Part shown: piece after piece, positions 51,812-64,000 of the stretch
Position numbering within the stretch: position 1 is the stretch's first letter
Layout: each line of letters begins with the position of its first letter
Assembly: GCF_006345805.1 (NCBI RefSeq)
Contig: NC_042999.1
Location: forward strand, 99,262,001 to 99,326,000
Origin: Octopus sinensis
Taxonomy: Eukaryota
DNA length: 64,000 bases
Direction: 5' to 3'
Position numbers and translations under genes: made by a program
Notes under the pieces: model-generated
The model's input: only the letters and a program-made list of their open reading frames with translations
What the model was told of the DNA's origin: nothing
Databases searched by the model: none

Positions 51812-53095
51812 ATGTTTCAATTTTGCCAAAACGCCACTACGTATAGGCGTCAACAAGCTGATTATCATCGTTTCCCCAACAGTAATAGCTACAAGACTCT
51901 GCAGAAAAATATTCCTGTACTGTGTGAACGTAGTAACCTTCCCATACCCATCAATCCGGCCAGGCTAGATGAAGGTAATCTTTGCATAGAGGAGACACTA
52001 AAGAGAAATGACGCTAAGTACCACCCCCAACTGTTTCTTGATGTTCAGTAACACAAAAGTGGAGAGAGCAAGAAAAAGGAAAGATAGGGCGGCAGAGGGT
52101 CTTAGCAGAAACGAAAAAGGGATCAAAAGAGCAGCACATCAACACAAAAGAGAATATTTGTTTCATCTGTGAAAAGGAGGACATTCGGGAAAATTTGAGA
52201 CATGCATCCACAATGCAGATTGGTGTATCACCAAAAGAGATTGCACTGACTTTGAGTGACAGCAAACTGCAAGTTGAGCTTAGTGGCTGTGATGCAGTCG
52301 CCCAAGAAATAAAATATCATCTGAAATGCTAGATAAAGAAAGGAGGTTTAAGGACAGTAACAGTGGATAGCCATTCGCTTTCGCTAAACTACTTGCTTAC
52401 TTCATGAATGCAGGAATGCTGCTGGTGCTGATCAAGTGACAGTATTCCGACTGGCTGATCTAACAAAAATGTATTGTGAATGGCTTGTTCAGTTAGGTGC
52501 AGTAGAACCAAATGTGAATGCTACTATGCTGAATGAGAGGATCTTGTTCCATACTCCAGAGATAGGGGCATATAAGAGTGTAACGGAGGTGATAATAGCT
52601 TTCCAAAAAGACATTGGACCCAGTTCTAGCTTCAGACATGATAAACTATGATGAAGCCATACTTATCATCTCGAAAACTGCTGATATACTCAGGAAAAAC
52701 ATGCGCCAATTCTCCAGCTCATTTGATGGGAAGTTTGATAACCAATACCTAAACTCAAGTGTCCCTCCAGAGCTGCAACATTTTGTCACCTGTCTTGCCT
52801 ATGGATCAGGTACCAAGATACAAATGGAAAGTGGTGTGTCAAAAGCTGGTGTCGCAAAGGTTCAATTGCTACAGTTTAACTGCTGTTCCATGAAAAATCT
52901 CACAGTTACAAGTTACAGACACTCGAAGAAGAGAGAATCACCTTTACATGTTTATTTTGGGACTGCCACTGTATTCAAGGACTCGGAAAAAACATCTAGT
53001 GGTCGCACTGTTTGAACACGGATTGTCTGTCTCATATGATCGCATACTTGAAACATAAAATCAGCTGAGCGAAGCTGTCGTTAGTCAGTATGGGA
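51812..53095 (+). mobile_element. Degraded large DNA-transposon ORF, probably Academ-type
   Basis: Fragments RLDEG..IEETL..NDAKYH; CFICE; GCDAVAQEIKYH..C; FRLADL..Y...L.QLG; SVPPEL..FV; RHS..RESPL.VY.G; GLSVSYDR, broken by stops and frameshifts. Family assignment is from memory only. Confidence 0.5.
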
Positions 53096-53674
53096 CGATA
53101 AAAGAAGGTAGGAGCCAGGTACTGGGGTCGATTCAATCGACAATTATTATTATAAGTTTTTTTTTCTAAATTGTAACTTGATTTTGTATTTAACTGTAAA
53201 ACTACCTCTATCCTTCCATTGTCTATAAACAACTTGTTTGTCAAACAATACAGCTATTTGTAATATCACTATTTCAAGTCTCTATATTTTAATTGGTTGT
53301 ATGTTTGGGGGTCTTGTGGCTTATTAAAAGGCCGAATTCTTTGAGCATCGGATAAAATGCAATGAGGTAGTATTTAGTTAAAACTCTTTAGGTGGTTCTG
53401 AGTTCAAGTCTCCAAATTTGCTCAACATTTACCTAAATTAGAAATGGAGGTGCGTTCTTAGAATTGCTAGCCAGACGATAGTAATGTCAAACTTTTCACA
53501 AAATTTCAGGCCTTATGCCTCTGATAGGAGCAATTTAAGGAAAGAATCGTTAAGGAGTCGAACAAAATGCTATGCGGGATTTATTCTTTCTCTGTATGTT
53601 ATAATAGATATAATGTGCTTACGTTTTCTGTCTGTATGTATAAATATATGCATAATCGTTAAATGGAGAAGCAG

Positions 53675-53696
53675 TGATATATATATACACATACAT

Positions 53697-53729
<33 letters not shown>

Positions 53730-53744
53730 TATATACATACATAC

Positions 53745-53775
<31 letters not shown>

Positions 53776-53795
53776 CATACATACATATATATATA

Positions 53796-53853
<58 letters not shown>

Positions 53854-53874
53854 CATACATATATATATATATAC

Positions 53875-53907
<33 letters not shown>

Positions 53908-53920
53908 AATATATATATAT

Positions 53921-53951
<31 letters not shown>

Positions 53952-53960
53952 ATATATATA
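53675..53960. repeat. (TA/CATA)n microsatellite
   Basis: Directly visible. Confidence 0.95.
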
Positions 53961-54043
53961 TATTTCCACATCGGCATCCGAAACTCGGAGTATTATCATG
54001 GCTACCAAATAATATTAGTTTTACAGATATATATATATATATA

Positions 54044-54394
54044 TTATGATGTATGTAAACAAACAAAATTTGCTTTTTTAGAAGCGTTGAGATGTATTGA
54101 AATATATAGATATGGAAATATTTTATTCTCAAACGCAGAATAATAATGCTGAATAGCATAGAAAATCCTTATATTGCAGAAAAATTTGTTAGCGGCCAGC
54201 CATGGGACTCGAACTCACATGTCTGTGATTACTGGTCATAGTGCTTTACCTTTAAGCTAAACTGTCCACTCACAAATTCTTCTGCAATTTTTGAACTTAT
54301 AAATATAGCTTAATAAAATATTTTATATCTGTGTATTTCAATACACCTCAACGCTTCTAAAAAAGCAAACTTTGTTTGTTTACATACATCGTAA
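54044..54394 (-). mobile_element. TIR-bounded element enclosing a tRNA-like gene
   Basis: 54044-54113 vs 54325-54394 are 70-bp inverted repeats (about 5 mismatches). Inner IRs gcagaa.aatttgt.ag flank the tRNA. Confidence 0.75.
54194..54267 (-). pseudogene. tRNA-Thr(AGT)-like pseudogene
   Basis: GGACAGT/GCTGGCC acceptor stem (1 mismatch), D-stem GCTT/AAGC, anticodon loop CCAGTAA, T-loop TTCGAGT. Several stem mismatches. Confidence 0.65.
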
Positions 54395-54589
54395 TTTCAT
54401 ATATAGCATCATTTCATATATAACTATATTTATGAGCTAAACAATCGCAGAAGAATTTGTTAGTGGGCCGCTAACAATTTTTTCTGCAATATAAGGATGT
54501 TCTATGCTATTCAGCATTACTATTCTGCGTTTGAGAATAAAATATTTCCGTATCTGTATATTTCAATACATCTCAACGGTTCTATATAT

Positions 54590-55500
54590 AAATCCCCCAA
54601 AATGGAACAAGAACGTAATAGTCGAAAATAAAACATCCGGAGAAATAGACAATACAAAGACGGATATGAAAAACAACAAAAGGGCGGACAGGAATAAACA
54701 AGGATGGATCATTCATTCGCACTTTTCTCTCGTCAGTCAAGTTTCCAAATCATCCTTACGGTTTCGGTTTGAGATTGTTCAAATCTGGCCAGCCCCAAAA
54801 AACCTAAGCTAAGAGCATTAAATATTTTGGGGAAAAGCCAGCGGAGTGTACGACAACAAAGACAAAAGCGACAAAAAATGGAGAAAATGCTACACACAAA
54901 TGCAAACAAAAAATAACGACAGGTGTCTTTCGACTGATAGTGACGAATCAAATTGAGCTGGTGTGTGTAGAGTGAAAGCCTTGAGGCAGGAACATAGATG
55001 AACACATATCTCTTATATTCCTGTCTCATGACAGGAATATAAGAGATGCTTCGTTTTCGGCAGTCAAGCCAAGAATCAAAGATCATGTTTGCCCGAACAC
55101 AGGTCATGTGAAAGGAAAGGGGAAAGGTAGGGGGAAGATAGATAGAAGAATTTGGGGAGAACGAGAAAGAGAAATAATCAAAGAAACATAGAGAAAGTAC
55201 AAGGGGGACAACGAGGAAAAGTAGGTATATTAAAGAAAGAGAAAGCCAAGAAATATGAGAGAGAGGATCGAGAAGAGGAAAGAAAGATGAAAGTACGATG
55301 GTGACTAAAAGAAAGAGTAAAAATGTCGTAACAGGCCGAAATTGTAAAGATGACTTGGAAACTTTGCTGACGAGAGAAAACTGCAAATGACCCGTCCTTG
55401 TTTTTTTCCTGTCCGTCCTTTTGCTGTTTTTCATGTCCATCTTTGTATCGTCTATCTGTCCGGATGCTTTATTGTCGTTTGTTGCGTTCTTGCTCCAGTT
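54590..55500. mobile_element. Non-autonomous element with ~200-bp diverged inverted termini (PLE pLTR-like); related copy at ~62140-62310
   Basis: 54590-54790 is roughly 80% identical to the reverse complement of 55320-55500 (catccgga..atagac.atacaaaga.gga.atgaaaaaca; ttctctcgtcag..aagtttccaa). Decayed GAAAC-containing HHR remnants. Confidence 0.65.
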
Positions 55501-57268
55501 TTTTAAAATTTATATATATATATATAGCGGCGTACGTACAATTTTGCTCACCTTGTAAGTAAGTATATATATGTACATGCATTGTGCGTGTGTGTGTATC
55601 AGAAAATATGCATAAGTTAAATTAATGAAAATGGAAACAAGCCTACATTTGCATTTTAGCTTGTTTTAATCTTTACAGCTAAGCCCATTCCAGAGCATGA
55701 TGTTTGATTTAACAACTGAATAACAATAAAATCTCACTAAAAATATACTTCCTGTATATGCTTATACGTCGTCAGTTCGATTGGGAATAAACCTTTCCTA
55801 GTTGTATCATTTCCTAAAAATAAGTCATAAAATTAAATAACTAAACTGGTAGGTATCTAAATCAAATTTTATATAAACAAAGAACCGAAAATTGTAGCAT
55901 AATTGCCTGATTTTGGGTGCAATATATTGCCATGGGAACAAATGAATCCCTGGAAATTTTGTTGTTTACTAATACAGGAATATTTAAGCTATTGGAATGT
56001 TCGTGATAATACATTGTCCGGTCAATGTAAACTTTGTGTTTCAGTTCACGGTTGATGTTGTGTACGGTAGAAATTATTTTATTTCCTTTAGTTGATTTAA
56101 CCCTTCGTGAATTCATGAATGTTATATCTCTCAGTTCTTATTCCCTGAACATAAAATATGTAATCAATTATTACAAGATGTTGTTTCTTACGGATAGTGA
56201 AATGCAAAACATTTCCTTTCATGTATATCTTGAATAATACAATTGTTATCCACTTGTGAGCTGGGCCGCGTTATGTTATGTTTGTATGCTATCAATTCTC
56301 AGAAGAACAGTGGTGTTAAGCGATATCTAACAACAATGGATGTAACATACCGATAAGGCGAGAACTCTAGAGAAAATTTGCAAAACGTTATGGAGATATT
56401 CTGGTATGCTTGCGGTTTATGTGATTTCACAATCAGTCTTAAAAATTCAGTTATGGGGAAAAAGCACTCCAGATCTTCTTGCATAAAGATCAAATGAAAG
56501 ACACTAGACATGTATATTATTTCCAGCATCTTGGTTTCACTACTACCGATGACGACAGACAAACTTCTCCGGGATCACAACTTATGTTGGCAATACGGAT
56601 ACTACTAGCTTACGACTAATTAAAAAAGTATGCTAGAATAAACATCTCAGAACGTGTACAAGGCCTATATACGCTTCTCTATGGCAGCGACATATGGCAA
56701 CATACTCTTCATAAGAACAAAATCTTCACGAGTTTTAAGCGTATGTATATGTATAATTTTTGTAATGAAATGGTAGTTGAGGATATGCAACTCTGGTGTA
56801 CTTAAGAGAGTTAGATTTTATATCCCTGCTCACTTCTCAGCACCAGTGACGATTTGCATGGTTTGGGCATGGTAGCTTTCCAAAAGTCGTGCTATATGGA
56901 TAACTGACCTGTGGGTCGTAGGACAAAAGCTACGAGAATGTGTTATTCAATATGTGTATGTCATGAAAGCGGTCAGCTATTCCTTCACCTGGGAAGCAAT
57001 AGTAGACAAGCGTCCTCTATGAAAAAAAAAAAAAAAAAAGAAGCAATTGTCTTTGCAGGAATTAAGTAGCGGAGCAAAAAAGAACTTTCATAAGGTTTTG
57101 ACGGACGAAGATAAGAACAGCATTCATATTTTCTCATAGAAAATCCTCATACGATATCTACGCATGTAGCATCAGACTTTATATCACAGAACTGCAGCCA
57201 AGTATAAATACAGAGGCTTGAACTTCACAATCATTTTAGAAGTAACCCTTCATCCTTATCTTCTACAG

Positions 57269-57381
57269 GTGCAAAACTGTGTCTGCAAGGCTAGTGGCTA
57301 CAGTATATGCGGCTTCACCGAGAACTCGGGCTATAGACCCAAGGTTCATTCCACAGTAAAACAAAGCATTTTGAGAAAGAG
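57269..57381 (+). CDS. Candidate plus-strand exon (VQNCVCKASGYSICGFTENSGYRPKVHSTVKQSILRK)
   Basis: ccttatcttctacag| acceptor, AG|GTATGC donor. Only frame 0 is open. Confidence 0.35.
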
Positions 57382-58078
57382 GTATGCTCTACATTTTCTT
57401 ACAATAATGTGTTGATGTATGATAATGGATAGTTTGGTGATGTGATGAAGTTAGCGAAGATAACAATGATGATGATAATGATGATGGTGGTAGTGATGGT
57501 GAAGGTAAAAGTAATAATGGTGATGGTTATGACGGCGGCGGTAGTGGTGCAGTGGTAATTGGATTGGAGATGGTGGTGGTGCGGATGCTTAACATGATAA
57601 TGATGTTGACAATGACAATAAGAAAAGGTATCGGCCGCAAGACATGCCAAACAGAGATACTGAAACAACAGAAAGGAGTAACAAATAATTTCGTAAGACA
57701 ATAGAGCACATTGTACCGAATTGTATCTAGACGCATTATACTGGCTATATAAATATGGATATAAACAAATGCACATATCGGTACATATCGTATAAATGTT
57801 TGTAAATATACATACATGCAAGCATACACACATGCTTATCTACATACATGCAGGCACACACACGCACAAGCACACACACAATGGCATTTTGAGGACAGCT
57901 CTATATGGGAATGGGAAATAATTTCAAGTATTCCGAAAAGTTGACGTACCATTAAGGAAAATAACAAGTTTATAACCTTTAAATTAGAAGACAGTCGGGG
58001 CAAGTTTTTCTCTCTCAATAGGCGTCATCAGCACGACATTTGTCCTAACCTACGCTGGAGCACGCACATATACATAAG

Positions 58079-58176
<98 letters not shown>

Positions 58177-58289
58177 AGTACGTAGGAATTTAGTCACGAA
58201 ATCTGCTACGAGTAATACGAAATATACTAAGAACATTATCAGTACTGTCGCTTGGCGAGCGTATAAAATATATCTAGTACCTATTTCTT

Positions 58290-58420
58290 TACTACCCACA
58301 AGGGGCTAAACACAGAGGGGACAAACAAGGACAGACGAACGGATTAAGTCGATTAAATCGACTCCAGTGCGTAACTGGTGCTTATTTATCGACCCTGAAA
58401 GGATGAAAGGCAAAGTCATA
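58290..58420 (-). mobile_element. SINE family B 3' part
   Basis: cccacaaggggctaaacacagaggggacaaacaaggacagac...ggatgaaaggcaaagtc. Confidence 0.8.
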
Positions 58421-58750
58421 TCAAGTACCGTGACAGTATGAGAATTGATCTTTAGATAAGTAAAATCTGTGCCTGTTTCATATAATTTTTCTTGTTTCAT
58501 AAGCATCGCTTCTCTCTCTCTCTCTCTCTCTCTCTCTCGGCCGAATCGAAGTATATACTAAGGATGACACAGAATAAACAGTCAAAATCAATCGATTAAT
58601 GGATTAATCATAGTCCACATACACAGCCAGGTGGAATCAATGTTTAGGAAACATACACATGTAAAGTTATTCACAATGGAGTCAGTCATACACACCCATC
58701 CACTGATTCAATTATATATACTTCTTCATACAAGCATATAAATAAACATG

Positions 58751-58783
<33 letters not shown>

Positions 58784-59359
58784 CACACACACACACATAC
58801 ACACGCGTGCGCATACTCACGCATATATATAAATATATACTAGACTACCCGTCACCTGGAAAGTTTGAGTTTCCCAGCAACGGAATTTTGTTTCGTGGGT
58901 TTTTCTCTTATCCTGGTTATTTCGCATGCTTTCAAGAAATGTGATATAGAAATCACGCGTAAATGGCTCCTTCCCTCAGAAAACGAAAGATTTGACTGAT
59001 ATTTCCTGCACGCCCTGCTACCACGTAACAGGTATTTCGGGTTCTTCATCGCAAATAGCTGTTACGTCGTAGTAGGGCGTGATAGAAATAGCTGCCAAAT
59101 CTTTGGAGCTGAGATACGTTGACTACACTCGAAAAATCATATGGAAAAAATTATTTCACACCATGGTTACGAACAGGTCTTTTACGAAATATTTATCGCA
59201 TTTTTAAAGTCATTTTCATTTTAAAATATTTTTAAATATGCCAAAAAATCTTTGTAATGGTATTCAATTGAAAATAATAGAAAAAGCATCAAAACATTGT
59301 CTGTTTAAAGAAAGCTAAAAGCTAAAGGGGGTAATTCATTAAAAAAATTTTTAAAAACG

Positions 59360-59591
59360 AGGAAAGGTGGTGTAGACAACAAATAGATGTATTAGTTTAA
59401 CGCTCGTAAAGGGAAAAGTCTTGAAGGTTTCGATCCTACGCTCTTCCACAGAAAGGAACACAAAGAAACAAGGAGAGAAAATAAAGAATGTATAGTGGCT
59501 AGCGATCTATCATGGCGAATACCGGACAGAAGGGTCACACGAGAGCTAGGAAGAAGGATAGATAATAAAGTAGCAGTAATCCCCAAAACAA

Positions 59592-59624
<33 letters not shown>

Positions 59625-59960
59625 CACACACATATATATATACACACACATATATATATACACACACACATATACACACACACATATATACACATATATA
59701 TACACACATACACACACGCATATATACACACATACACACACACATATATACACACATATATATACACATATATATACATATATATATAGTTCAAATTTAT
59801 AGAAGACAAAGACAAGTGAAGGAACAACAAGCAGATGTATTAGTTTAACGCTAGGGAAAACTGGAGAAGACTTTGACATTTCAAGCCTACTCACTTCGAT
59901 AGAAAGAACTGAGAGAAAGAAAACAAAAAATGAAGAGAAGAAAAAAAAAAGAACAGAAAG
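59360..59960 (-). mobile_element. Two PLE pLTR-like copies (family of 29720/42005) separated by a microsatellite
   Basis: Both contain agatgtattagtttaacgct followed by a decayed ttcga.cctac.ctctt..a.agaaag motif. Confidence 0.6.
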
Positions 59961-60751
59961 AAAACGTGTGTAGCGTTTAACGGTTCAATATGATGAAAAC
60001 AAGAATTCGAAGATCAAACAGACCTTTCACTAAGTACTCCGCCAAGTGCATGGCGAGCAACAATGACCGTGGGTGAGAGTTCGATGAACTTTCATGTCAT
60101 TCTGATATACTGGAGCTGATGTTTTCGACTATCATGAATTATTCTGAATATTGTCCTGTTGCTTTCCTTCTCAGCACCCTTCTATAGATATATATATGGA
60201 TGTACACACGCTTATATAGCTATTCGAATATATAATTATGTGTATATTTTATGTGTTTGTGAATGTTGATGTAATGTCTATCACATAACCAGCAAGATTA
60301 TGAAACAAGTGTAAATGAATGGATTAAACATTTATTTTATCACCTTACTTCTCTTATCTGTTAAATCCATATATGTATATAGTCACTATGAGAATATATG
60401 AACCTCTTACAGGGATAGCTTTATCTAAGATATACTGGTTTAATATATTATATTTTGAAGATATAATTCTTCAATAAATATATTATACAAATATCAAATA
60501 TTATTAAGAAAATGGAGAGATATAATGGATATAAATTAAATTTTAATTAATTAACATTGCCTTCGATCGTTTCGATTTACACTCAATACAAATTACAAAA
60601 TATATATAAGATAATTTTGCATTCTTGAAGATTTTGTGTGCAATATCTTCCAGGCAAAAAGGACATTACAGTATTTACATGTGAATCGGTTGCGGTACTC
60701 TGTTGGAGTACCTCAAACGATTCATTATGTTCATTTTATTTCTCCATTTTC

Positions 60752-60793
<42 letters not shown>

Positions 60794-60869
60794 GATATAT
60801 ACAAGCATATATATATATATATATATATAATATAATATATATATATACACACACACATACAAACAATGC

Positions 60870-60989
<120 letters not shown>

Positions 60990-61176
60990 CTTGCATGCAT
61001 GCCTATACGGTCATTTATATTTGAGTATAATTATATATCACTAACTCTCTCTAATCATGTCTGGACTCTCATATAAGCTATACATTTTTATATACATACC
61101 ACAACAAAGTCACTCACACACCGTCTCAACTTCCGAACCAACTCTCACCACACCTCTCTCTCTCTCTCTCTCTGTC

Positions 61177-61227
<51 letters not shown>

Positions 61228-61228
61228 G

Positions 61229-61259
<31 letters not shown>

Positions 61260-61599
61260 CTCACTGTCTCAAACACCTGCATACGCGCGCATAAGCATGA
61301 ACGCACACGCAAGCACACAACAGTCAAGAGCACATATCAACATATTCAGAATTGCATCTAATCACATCCCCTCACCCACCCATCGTTTAAGCTGCAAGCA
61401 ATGACAAAACAACAACAACAGCAGCAGCAGCAGCAGCAGCAGATTAACGCCATATTCTTCTGACAGAATACTGCCTCCCCCTCCCCCACACTTCACTCTA
61501 CCATCAGTCTGGAATTCTCGACTCTCTACTTATGACATTTCTTTCTCATATACTATTCCAAAAATTTAAACCACGTTTTAGAAGTTGTAGTCACTCTTG

Positions 61600-61600
61600 C

Positions 61601-61633
<33 letters not shown>

Positions 61634-61744
61634 CTACTACTACTACTACTACTACCGCTACCACCGCCATCACTACTACTACTACTATTACCACCACCAT
61701 CACTACAACTACTACTACAACTACCACTACCACCACCATCACTT

Positions 61745-61779
<35 letters not shown>

Positions 61780-61840
61780 GCCGCTCTTCTTACGATGATT
61801 ATGATGATGATGATGATAATGATGGAGATGATGATGATGT
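61600..61840. repeat. Compound trinucleotide repeats (CAA/CTA/CAC/GAT)n
   Basis: Directly visible. Source of the poly-T/V/L ORFs. Confidence 0.95.
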
Positions 61841-63482
61841 TAGTGTGTTCAGTTCCCTCTCCCTCCATCCCCGATAACCTTTGTTAGGAACACATCTGTG
61901 CAGCTATCGACCGATCGGTCAATCGATCTATTAAATTTTCTGTCCAGTATTTTATCCTATATAAGCAAAAAGATAGAAATAATCATATGCACCATGTGCT
62001 TTCTAACATATATTTTCTCGCTGTGTGTGTGTGTCTTTCTCTCCCTTTCTCCCCCTCTCTCTCCCTATTTCTCTCCCTTCTTTCTCTTTCTTTCTCTCTC
62101 TCTCTCTCTTTCTCTGTCTCTCTCCACCCTACATAGAGGACAATAAAACATCCAGACAGATAGAAGATACAAAGGCGGATAGGAAAAATAACAATTAGAG
62201 GGACAGGAAAAAAGGACGGGTCATTCGTGGCCTTCTTTCGTCAGTCAAGTTACCAGATGACCTTACAGTTTCGGGCAGTTACACTTGAGACTCTTCGATC
62301 TGGTTGCCGTTGAACTCAAACGCTGATTTCAAAAACGGAGACAGTGAAAACTACAAATAATATGGATAGCTTGTTAGCAATTTAACAATCCAAAGGCAAA
62401 TTTTTCTTATAAGCTGACAATGTGAGTTGAGTTTAACCCTAGGCGCCGTAATAGCCTCCGATGAAAATTAAGATGCTCTGCACCAAAATTCGAACCCACC
62501 GGTGATCTGGCTATGTTCGCTAAGGAGCGTGCTTCCCTTGTCAGTCAGTAAGATAGTGCTTCTGTGGCTATTGAGTTGTTTTGACTCTTATTTCTAGCAA
62601 TGCTGGTACTACTCAGTACCTCCTGTCACTCTAATGACGTCTATAAATATTAATGTATGTATGTATGTATGTATGTATGTATGTATGTATGTATGTATGT
62701 ATGCATGTATGCATGTATGTATGTATGTATGTATGTATGTATGTATGTATGTATGTATGTATGTATGTATGTATAGCAGGAGACAGTTCAGCAATGGAGT
62801 GTAACCGTTTTGATCCAATGGTTTCTTACTCTGGCATTTCTCTGACGTGTTGCCAGGTACAGTGTTTAAGCAAAAAAAGTCAAAATAAAACGTCATCCTC
62901 TATCGTTGGGGGAAATCTTCCGAGTAACAAGCTACTAGATCGACCTAAACAAGTGACATACTTTCTCTATATGTTCGTTATACATATATGTCTAGGTATA
63001 CAGATATACATTTTATTATCTTTTAAACAGTTTTAATTTAGCTGTAATCGTAGCAAAATTTTATAATAATAGCTAATACTGGTTACGTTCATCATTATCA
63101 TTCAACACAGGGAGGTCCTTGTTTGTTTTCCATTACCTTTCTATGCATGTGTCCTAAACTAAAATTTTCATATTAATTCATATACTTTCATAATACATTG
63201 TCAGTTTATTGTACTTCAATTTCCAAATTTTTTCACACTCTGCTGATCTGAATTTCCATCCTACTATTTTAAAAAGCGAGGATACATTTGACAATACAGT
63301 TCTTGAATACTTTGACATCGATCAATCTTGAAGTTTATTTAATCGAGCTCTCCTCTTTCTTTCCCTCATTCAGTTCTTCCTTCTTTTGTGCTATCTAGAT
63401 TCTACCCATTCCCAAGTTTTAACATTGTTGCTAACCTAAGAATTTTCGGTAATTCTACTTATTCTCTCGCTCTTACGTCACA

Positions 63483-63743
63483 TTTTTGTTTTGTCTAGTC
63501 ACAACGCAAACGATGTCATAAGTATTTTATGTTTCTTGGTTAATCGAGCCGTGGGGTCTAGATTTTGAATATTAGAAAATAACGCATCATATTAGCGGAA
63601 ATTGCCTGAGATGTTTTGTGCACATGCTTTCTCGAGATTTGATGCACATATTATTCTAAAAGAAGCTTAAAGCTTCCATATGTCCACTATTAGACACATT
63701 CGGACTGAAGTGACAGTTGATATATCAACAAGCACTATATATA

Positions 63744-63789
<46 letters not shown>

Positions 63790-64000
63790 TATATATATAT
63801 GTATATAGTGCTTAAAGCTTCTTTTAGAATAATATGTGCATCAAATCTCGAGAAAGCATGTGCACAAAACATCTGAGGCAATTTCCGCTAATATGATGCG
63901 TTATTTTCTAATATTCAAAATCCAGACCTCACGGCTCGATTAACCAAGAAACATAAAATACTTATGACATCGTTTGCGTTGTGACTAGACAAAACAAAAA
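63483..64000. repeat. Foldback: ~190-bp inverted arms around a (TA)n-containing spacer, running off the window end
   Basis: 63483-63673 is the reverse complement of 63810-64000 with about 4 mismatches. Confidence 0.95.

Noticed and set aside
54194-54267. Functional tRNA-Thr gene
   Set aside because: Mismatches in the acceptor, anticodon and T stems and C at position 33. Kept as a pseudogene only.
54733-55440. 235-aa minus-strand ORF
   Set aside because: F/L/S-rich translation of the pyrimidine strand of a repeat. No domain motif.
61532-61887. Poly-Q/L/T/V ORFs and the poly-I/L ORFs at 33365-33692
   Set aside because: Trinucleotide microsatellites.

Overview
AT-rich eukaryotic DNA saturated with microsatellites and transposon debris. 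The SINE families and repeat content best fit an octopus (coleoid cephalopod) genome, which is an inference. No long intact host CDS, rRNA, functional tRNA or CRISPR array is visible, and almost all ORF-track entries are microsatellite artefacts. Recognisable content: several Penelope-like retroelements (PLEs) with RT/GIY-YIG remnants and hammerhead ribozyme (HHR) motifs; three mariner remnants (one full length with TIRs); a maT-like Tc1/mariner fragment; a piggyBac remnant and a piggyBac MITE; RLE-type (R4/Dong-like), RTE and APE-LINE fragments; a probable Academ remnant; Helitron-like short elements; a probable solo LTR; many tRNA-derived SINEs; and several long inverted repeats. Candidate exons suggest an unidentified minus-strand spliced gene at 154-11430 and isolated exons near 50.5-51.4 kb and 57.3 kb. 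Most notable: a PLE GIY-YIG nuclease with a 160-codon in-frame Thr/Asp-rich spacer between its two signature motifs; an inverted-pLTR PLE carrying a U3-A8 covariant HHR in each arm; an HHR-like family with a shared A6U core change; and a tRNA-Thr-like cassette inside a TIR element next to an 'empty' copy.
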